A DNA stretch of 64,000 nucleotides, taken from assembly GCA_951406725.2 (NCBI GenBank), contig OX597822.1, forward strand, positions 101,370,001-101,434,000. The letters are read 5' to 3'. The stretch's first letter is position 1. Every line of letters begins with the position of its first letter. This document shows, one piece after another, positions 55,598 to 64,000 of the stretch. The notes under the pieces are model-generated. The model had not been told where the DNA came from, did no database searches, and saw only the letters and a program-made list of their open reading frames with translations. Source of the DNA: Octopus vulgaris (lineage: Eukaryota). The position numbers were made by a program, and so were the translations under genes.

Positions 55598-56940
55598 AGT
55601 GGTGGTAGTGGTGGTGATGGTTATAGTGGTGATGATGATGGAGGTGGTGGTGGTGATGGTGGTGACGGCGACGGTGTAGAGTTGTTAGTAATTTTTAAGG
55701 TTGACTGACGAGGAAATGATGATAGTGATAGTGGTGATGATGATGATGATGACGATGACGATGATGAGGGTAGTCATAACGGTGGTGGTGGTGGTAATGG
55801 GAATGATGATGGTGATGGTGGTGATAATGGTAGTAGTGGTGGTGGTGATGGTGGTGGTGATTGTGATGATGGAAGCCGTGGTGACTATGATGAAGGCGCT
55901 GATGACGGTGGTGGCCGTGGTGATGGTCATGAAAGTGGTGGCGATGGTCGTGATTGTTTTAACTATTTAGAGGTGATAGTCGTAGTTAATTTGTTGCTGT
56001 TGCTGTTGTTATTGTTGCTGTTGGTAGTGGTGGTAGTGTTAAGGTTGTGGTATTTAATCCAAAATCAGGTGGTGGTGGTGATGGTGGTAGTGGTGGTGGT
56101 GGTAGTGGTGGTGATGGTGGTGGCCTTGGTGGTGGTGGCCTTGGTGGTGGTGGCCTTGGTGGTGGCCTTGGTGGTGGTGGCCTTGGTAGTGGTGGCCTTG
56201 GTGGTGGTGGTGGTGGTGATGGTGTTGGTGGTGATGGTGGTAGTGGTGGTGGTGGTGGTGGTGGCCTTGGTGGTGGTGGTTGTAGTAGTGGTGGTGGCCT
56301 TGGTGGTGGTGGTAGTGGCCTTGGTGGTGGTGGTGGTGGTGGTGGTGGTGGTGGTGGTGATGGTGGTAGTGGTGGTGGTGGCCTTGGTGGTGGTGGTTGT
56401 AGTAGAGGAGGTGGCCTTGGTGGTGGTGGTGGTTGTAGTAGTGGTAGTGGTGGTGTTGGTGGTAGTGCTGGTCCCAGGTGCGCCAATATTCATAATAGTA
56501 CTGACAGTGATAATGTTGCTTAATAGTGATGATGGTGGCGGTGTGAGGGGGGATGATGCTAGTGGTGGTGGCGAATGCGGTTAATTGATTACGGTAGTAG
56601 TACAGGTGGTAGTGGTGGTCATCATCATAGTGTTCGTGGTTGTGGTGGTGGTGGAGCGCATTATGGTGATGTTGGTGGCGGCGGCGGTGAAGATTCTGGT
56701 GGGCAGCAGTGGTGCTGGTTATGGTTATGGCGATGGCGGTGTAGTAGGCGTGTTGGTATTTTAGCATCAGAGCTGGCTCAAGAAGTGGCAGTGAGAGGTG
56801 CAGTGAGAGGTGGTGAGTAGAAGGGGGGGTGATGTCCAACGGATTGATTTGGCCGGTGGGTGATGGGTGGTGGGTGATGTTGGTGGTGGGGGTGGGTAGT
56901 GGACTGTGGGGGGTGTATCGGGTGGTTTGTTGTGGGTGGT
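55598..56940. repeat. (GGT/GAT)n-rich low-complexity tract including a GGTGGCCTT minisatellite
   Basis: Direct inspection. Confidence 0.9.
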
Positions 56941-57405
56941 GCATTGAGAAATTTTCTAGTCGACCACTACGTTGCGAGAAGGCTTGGCATTAGACAATCT
57001 TTACGACGAAATAGGCGGATGTTAATGACACGGTATGTATGTATGTATGTATGTATGTATGTATGTATGAATGTGTGTGTATGTATGTATGTATGTATGT
57101 ATCCGTGTATGTATGTATATGAATGTGTGTGTTTGTATGTATGTATATATGTATCTGTATGAATGTGTGTGTATGTATGTATGTATGTATGTATGTATGT
57201 ATGTATGTATGTATGTATGTCTATACATGTATGTATGCGTGTATGTATGTGATGTATGTGTATGTTGTATGTTGTGATGTATGTAAGTATATAGATTGTA
57301 TATATGTTCTGTACGTACGCATGTATGTACGTTGTCAGAATAAAACTATGGTGCGTATATGCACGTACACATGTATCTATATTCGTATGATGTATAAGAG
57401 TATGG

Positions 57406-57489
<84 letters not shown>

Positions 57490-57526
57490 GGAGGGTAGTG
57501 TATGTATATACATATATATATATACC

Positions 57527-57567
<41 letters not shown>

Positions 57568-57620
57568 TTCTATATTTATTTGCGTGTATACGTGTGTATG
57601 TGTATGTCTTTGGGTGTGTA

Positions 57621-57740
<120 letters not shown>

Positions 57741-58315
57741 GTCAAGACTATTGAAAAGGTTGCAAGACGCAACGAAAATTTTAGAAAATAAGAAATAAGT
57801 GGAAATTTTACCGGTGAGTGTGTTACATTATAAGGCACAAAAAGAAAATGACTCTCCCCAGACATAACAGAATATGCTTCAGCACACGAACTCACATAAA
57901 GAATCTTGCAAATCAAATCCAAAAACGAAATATATATATATATATATATGCAAGTGCGTATCTGTGCGTATATATAAATATGTGAATCAACATTTGCTAC
58001 TATTAAGATATTTTGTTTTGCGTAAAGCTCCAGCTAACTTCCGTTTGCTTGTATGATCGCGCGCGCGTGCGTGTGTGAGTGCGTGCGCATGTACACCAGT
58101 GTGTGTCAGAATACTTTTACGGCTTTTTCTTTTTTTTTTTTTTGAAAATTCTATCAGCATTGAATATGAATGTGCTTGAGTATAGGCACTTTATGTGTAT
58201 GGGTGTGTGTGTGTGTGTGCCTGCCTGCCTGTTTAGCTGCGTGCCTGCGTGCGTGTGTGATTGTTTGTCTGGTTGTATGTTATGCATATGAGTTCGCCTT
58301 TGATTATTCTTGTAT

Positions 58316-58968
58316 AGGAGTGGCTGTGTGGTAAGTAGCTTGCTAACCAACCACATGGTTCCGGGTTCAGTCCGGAAGGCGGCGAGCTGGCAGAATCGTT
58401 AGCACGCCGGGCGAAATGCTTCGCGGTATTTCGTCTGCCGCTACGTTCTGAGTTCAAATTCCGCCGAGGTCGACTTTGCCTTTCATCCTTTCGGGGGTTG
58501 ATAAATTAAGTACCAGTTACGCACTGGGGTCGATGTAATCGACTTAATCCGTTTGTCTATCCTTGTTTGTCCCCTCTGTGTTTAGCCCCTTGTGGGTAGT
58601 AAAGAAATAGGTTCCGGGTTCAGTCCCACTGCGTGGCATCTTGGGCAAGTGTCTTCTGCTATGGCCCCGGGCCGACCAATGCCTTGTGAGTGGATTTGGT
58701 AGACGGAAACTGAAAGAAGCCTGTCGTATATATGTATATTTATATATGTGTGCATATGTGTGTGTGTGTCTCTGTTTGTCTCCCTAGCATTGCTTGACAA
58801 CCGATGCTGGTGTCTTTACGTCCCTGTCACTTAGCGGTTCGGCAAAAGAGACCGATAGAATAAGTACTGGGCTTACAAAGAATAAGTCCCGGGGTCGATT
58901 TGCTCGACTAAAGTAGGTGCTCCAGCATGGCCGCAGTCAAATGACTGAAACAAGTAAAAGAGTAAAAG
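58316..58968 (+). mobile_element. SINE family B interrupted by a family A insertion
   Basis: The B head stops at the B-box and resumes after the A copy. Confidence 0.92.
58374..58609 (+). mobile_element. SINE family A, full length, nested in B
   Basis: 17-bp TSD GGTTCCGGGTTCAGTCC at 58357-58373 and 58610-58626. Confidence 0.95.
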
Positions 58969-59337
58969 CGTATGTATATATATATTCCTGGCTGGTAGCA
59001 ATATAAAGCTAGCAATATAAACGTACGTGTTCACACGCATACATATTCACGCGAATGCATAAACATACGCACACGCACACATGACATCATACATACATAT
59101 ATACATATATGCACACACACACACACACATATTTCAAAAACTTCACAGAAACTCAACAAACGCGAAATACACCGCTAATTCTTCTTCAGTCAACGTCTGG
59201 AAGGATCCTTAGAATTTCGCGCGTTTCGTGTATTGGTGTGTGTGTGTGTGTGCGCGCGGATGTGTGCGTGTATATATATATGTATGTATGTGCGGTGTGT
59301 GTATGTATATGTGTGTGTGTGTGTTTGTCTGTGTGCG

Positions 59338-59370
<33 letters not shown>

Positions 59371-59469
59371 GTATATATATATATATATGTATATGTATAT
59401 ATATGTAAATATGTATATCATATATATATATAGAGTTAATCCAAACAAGAAAACACAGAAAAAAAAGAG

Positions 59470-59538
<69 letters not shown>

Positions 59539-59582
59539 TATATATATATATATGTGTTTATATGTATATCATATACATGTAT

Positions 59583-59635
<53 letters not shown>

Positions 59636-60029
59636 TACGTACATACGTGTGCGTGTGTGTGCGTATGTACATATATATATTCACACCCACCCACGCTTTG
59701 GAAACACACGCACAGATGCAAACACACAGACAAACCTATATTTCTAAGCATGTTTACATAAACATGTGTACAGGCATGATTGCTCGTGCAATGTTCCGAT
59801 ACGGATGTGTACGTGTGATCGCGTGTCTATGTACAGGATGTAATGAAGTGGACTTGCAGTGGATGTAGGAGTAGAGAAGACGATGAAGAAGAGGAGAAAC
59901 AAGAAGAAGTAGAAAAAAAGTGAAGGGTGAGGACAAGGAGGAGGGGGAGTAGGACGGGTAAGGCAAGCATTAGACTAAAACAAAAGAATTATAAAAACTG
60001 GAAAGAGAAAAGAAGGGAAAGAAGTAGAA

Positions 60030-60642
60030 TTAGAAGAAAAGGAAGAAGAAGAAGAAGAAGATGTGGAAGAAGGTGAAGAAGAAAAAGTGGAAGAAGGTGA
60101 AGAAGAAGAAGAAGAAGAAGAAAAAGAGAAAAAGAAGAAGAACTGAAGAAGAAGAAGAAGAAAAAGAAGAAGAAGAAGAAGAAAAGAAGAAGAAGAAGAA
60201 GAAGAAGAAGAAGAAGAAGAAGAAGAAGAAGAAGGTGAAGACGAAGAAGGTGAAGAAGAAGAAGGTGAAGAAGAAGAAGGTGAAGCAGAAGAAGGTGAAG
60301 AAGAAGAAGGAGAAGAAGAAGAAGAAGAAGAAGAAGAAGGAGAAAAAGAAGAAGAAAAAGAAGAAGAAGAAAAAGAAGAAGAAGAAGAAAAAGAAGAAGA
60401 AGAAGAAGAAGAAGAAAAGAAAAAGAAGAAGAAGAAGAAGAAGAAAAGGAAGAAGAAGAAGAAGAAGAAAAGAAGAAGAAGAAGAAGAAGAAGAAAAGGA
60501 AGAAGAAGAAAAGGAAGAAGAAGAAGAAGAAAAGAAGAAGAAAAGGAAGAAGAACAAGAAGAAGAACAAGAAGAAGAAGAAGAAGAAAAGAAGGAAGAAG
60601 AAGAAGAAGAAGAAGGAAGGAGGAGGAGAAGGAGGAGGAGGA
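60030..60642. repeat. About 600-bp (GAA)n polypurine tract
   Basis: Direct inspection. Confidence 0.95.
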
Positions 60643-60944
60643 CAAGACGCTGAGTGGTTGCTCGATCTGCAAGGTGTAGCAACCAAATCTTGCCTGAAAG
60701 TACCCTTCGCCTTACCGGCTTGAAGTATAGAATGATGACGCACTAGAAAATGCAGGCCAAGAGACCGCTAACTAAAATGGATGGTGACGGTCGGGACGCA
60801 TTTGATCATGGGTCTGCCCGATCAGATCATAATAGTGAAGAAAGGGAAAGAAAACGTAATTTCAGGTGAAAGTTGATGAAAGAAAGACAGTAAACAGAGA
60901 AGAGTATGAAACAGGGAATGCACGGCGAGGCAAGAGAATATCTT

Positions 60945-60997
<53 letters not shown>

Positions 60998-61049
60998 CCT
61001 CAGACTAATCCACGTTTGCGACCCTTCTAATTCCCACTAATGTAACCAG

Positions 61050-61085
<36 letters not shown>

Positions 61086-61125
61086 GTTTAAATATGTTTA
61101 AATATGACCATTCCGAAATATAACA

Positions 61126-61164
<39 letters not shown>

Positions 61165-61174
61165 AAAGCACACA

Positions 61175-61261
61175 GGGCAAGTGTCTTCTACTATAGCAGG
61201 GGCCGACCAAAGCCTTGTGAGTGGAGTTGGTAAACGAAAACTGAAAGAAGCCCGTCGTATA

Positions 61262-61324
<63 letters not shown>

Positions 61325-61560
61325 CACACACACACACGAACACATATATGTATATATTTGTGTGTTTGTGTTTGTCCCCCCAACCTCGCTTGACAACCGT
61401 GTGTTTACGACCCCATCACAATGTGGTTCGGCAAGAGAGACCGATAAAATAAGTACTAGGCTTACAAAGAATGAATAAGTCCTTGGGTCGATTTGCTCGA
61501 CTAAAGGCGGTGCTCCAGCATGGCCGCAGTCAAATGACTGAAACAAATAGAAGAAAGTGA
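61175..61560 (+). mobile_element. 5'-truncated SINE family B
   Basis: Body and tail match. Confidence 0.85.
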
Positions 61561-61578
61561 AAGAAACATATGTATACA

Positions 61579-61639
<61 letters not shown>

Positions 61640-61908
61640 ACACACACGCCTTGGCCGAAAGCTCCAGATCCGTTATTTAGCGTGATAACGAAATAGTAAA
61701 AGGAAAAAAGAAAAGTGCAATGAGGCGAAAAATATAAATAAGGGAGATATAAAAATAGAAGCAAAAAAGAAAAAAAAGAGAGTGGGAAAAGATAAATAAA
61801 TGAACGAATAAATAAAAGAAGGCAGACATAAAGGAAAAAAGAAAGGAAGAAATAAATAAATAAAGAAAGAAAGAGAGAAAGAAGGAAAGTAGCAAAACAT
61901 GATAATTG

Positions 61909-62045
61909 TTTCTTTATTTCCCACAGTGGGCTAAACATAGAGGGGACAAACAAGGACAGACAAAGGGATTAAGTGGATTACATCGAGCCCAGTACTTATT
62001 TAATCGACCCCGAAAGGATGAAAGTCGAAGTTGACCTCGGCGGAG
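61909..62045 (-). mobile_element. SINE family A, 3' part
   Basis: Reverse-complement match. Confidence 0.82.
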
Positions 62046-62256
62046 TAAGACATGATATTGGTTTTAAATTTTGTCGGAAGGTCAACAACTCCTGGGGAAG
62101 GGTTATGTCGATAGCCTCGACCTCAGTGTTTAACTGATACGTAATTTATCAACCTCGAAAGGATGAAAGGAAAGTCGACCGCCACAGAATTTGAACTCAA
62201 AACGAACAGGCCGCTGAAAAGCCGCTATGCATTTTGTCCCGTTTGCAGTATATATA

Positions 62257-62639
62257 GGAGCACTCCGTCGGTTGCGACGATGAGGGTCCCAGCTGATACG
62301 ATCAACGGAACAGCTTGCTCGTGATATTAACGTGCAAGTGGCTGAGCACCCCACTGACACGTGTACCCTTAACGTAGTTCTCGAGGAGATTCAGCGTGAC
62401 ACAGAGTGTGACAAGGCTGGCCCCTTTGAAATACAGGTACAAGAGAAACAGGAAGTAAGAGTGAGAGAAAGTTGTGGTGAAAGAGTACAGCAGGGTTCAG
62501 CACCACCCCCTGCTGGAGCCTCGTGGAGCTTTAGGTTTTTTCGCTCAATAAACACTCACAACGCCCGGTCTGGGAATCGAAACCGCGATCCTCCGACCGC
62601 GAGTCCGCTGCCCTAACCACTGGGCCATTGCGCCTCCAC
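62257..62639 (-). mobile_element. SINE family C, full length
   Basis: TSD CCCGTTTGCAGTA at 62238-62250 and 62640-62652. Confidence 0.93.
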
Positions 62640-63039
62640 CCCGTTTGCAGTAAGAATACTATTACGCGATAAATGTGGAACGTGTCGTCTATTCTGAAGT
62701 GGCAAGATTGAACTCGATTCTTGGTTAGACATGTTTCGCTTGAATCCTTTCGTTAACAATTTACAAGATAAAGTCATTACCTTTTGTCCTCTGTGGCAAG
62801 AAATAACTTTTCCAGGTTTGGTAAAATAGCCTAAAATTATTTAAAACAAAACGAAGTTATTAAAGACATTGAGTCGAGACACATCCTCTGTGGCCAAAAT
62901 CTAGCACATCGTATCTTTGTCGCCGAAGGCTACATTTGATAAACATTACGTGAATCTAATAATGTATGTGAGGCTTTTGCCGGACTTAGTTGATATTAGT
63001 AAGTGATAAAATCATTTTCAATGTATGTGTTTGTGGGCG

Positions 63040-63098
<59 letters not shown>

Positions 63099-63689
63099 CA
63101 TACATGCATACATGCATACATACATACATACATACATACATACATACATACATACAAACATATATACATACATACATACATACACGGCTTTGTGAGCTAC
63201 GGATCTATTACTGAAGATCGGAATGGACAAATAAATATCAAATAAACAGAAATCCTCTCATAAGCCATGGGGACCAAAATCAGAATAGTGTCGATACTCG
63301 ATACTTTTAAAATTCAAGAATCATATTTGTTATGTCGCACGTTCGGATGCCTCTACTCCTCTGCTCTAATGAGCTCTTACGTCTAGACCTCTCCCTCTAT
63401 ATCTACGTATTGGGCTAGCCTACTTCATCGTCTGGGGGCGTCCACACAACAATATTATTGCTCTCTTTCGACCAGTGATACTGAATATCACTGAAGTGGT
63501 GGATATACAAAGACAAAATGCAGAGGACAACACAGAAATGAAATGGAAATGTGCAACAATCACAGTAGCTGAGATACATACAATGGCCTACGATGATTTT
63601 TAGCCACCCAAAATTTTTGAGACTTCATAATTAGTAAAAATATTTCCTGCATTCTATATTGAATTTTCTCTTATCTTGAGCAGATTAAT

Positions 63690-63885
63690 GGATTTTTCAA
63701 ATGATATTTCATACTGAAAGTTAAAGAAAGCGCAGAAATTAGCGAGTTCAAAGAGGGCAAATAATAAGCTGAACAGAGAAATAGCAAAGTTTTTAAAATA
63801 AATCATCAGACCGTTAATAGTATTGTCAAACGGTTTTAGATAGAGAAAAGAGGGACCTGAAGAGGGAAAATCCAGAAACCGCTGT
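63690..63885 (+). pseudogene. Tc1-like transposase N-terminal HTH fragment
   Basis: LNREIAKF..INHQTVNSIVKRF, frameshifted. Confidence 0.45.
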
Positions 63886-64000
63886 CTTCCTTCTCGAGCC
63901 ACGCCTGGTTTCCTTGGCGTATAGGTTCCCCACCTGGACGGGACGCCGGTCCGTCGCAGGTGAGCTGCAAGATTCAGGAGGAAAGAATGAGAGAAAGTTA

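Noticed and set aside
56047-56523. GGGL-repeat ORF resembling a glycine-rich structural protein
   Set aside because: No ATG or signal peptide; almost all codons are GGT within a wider decaying (GGT)n tract, so a minisatellite is the simpler explanation
59975-60743. Long poly-K/E/S/F ORFs
   Set aside because: They are the (GAA)n tract

Overview
AT-rich, microsatellite-dense eukaryotic DNA. Its SINE repertoire and (TA)n/(TACA)n load suggest an Octopus (coleoid cephalopod) genome; this is inferred from recognition, not a database hit. Almost all ORFs in the supplied track are translated microsatellites or SINEs. The window holds several tRNA-headed SINE families, many with clear target-site duplications (TSDs). 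It also holds decayed Tx1/L1, RTE, CR1 and Penelope retroelements, mariner/Tc1 remnants, two Helitrons, and a probable signal-peptide-coding exon on the minus strand (30042-30131). The most striking signal is at least eight unrelated short non-coding element families that each carry a minimal type I hammerhead ribozyme motif (stem I / CUGANGA / stem II / GAAA / short, usually palindromic stem III / NUH). Most sit in or beside (TA)n tracts and are often folded back as palindromes of up to about 1.35 kb. One family has a compensatory U3-A8 core, and one is fused to a tRNA-like Pol III head. These look like Penelope-dependent, retrozyme-like elements. A locally templated inverted insertion inside a mariner relic is also visible.
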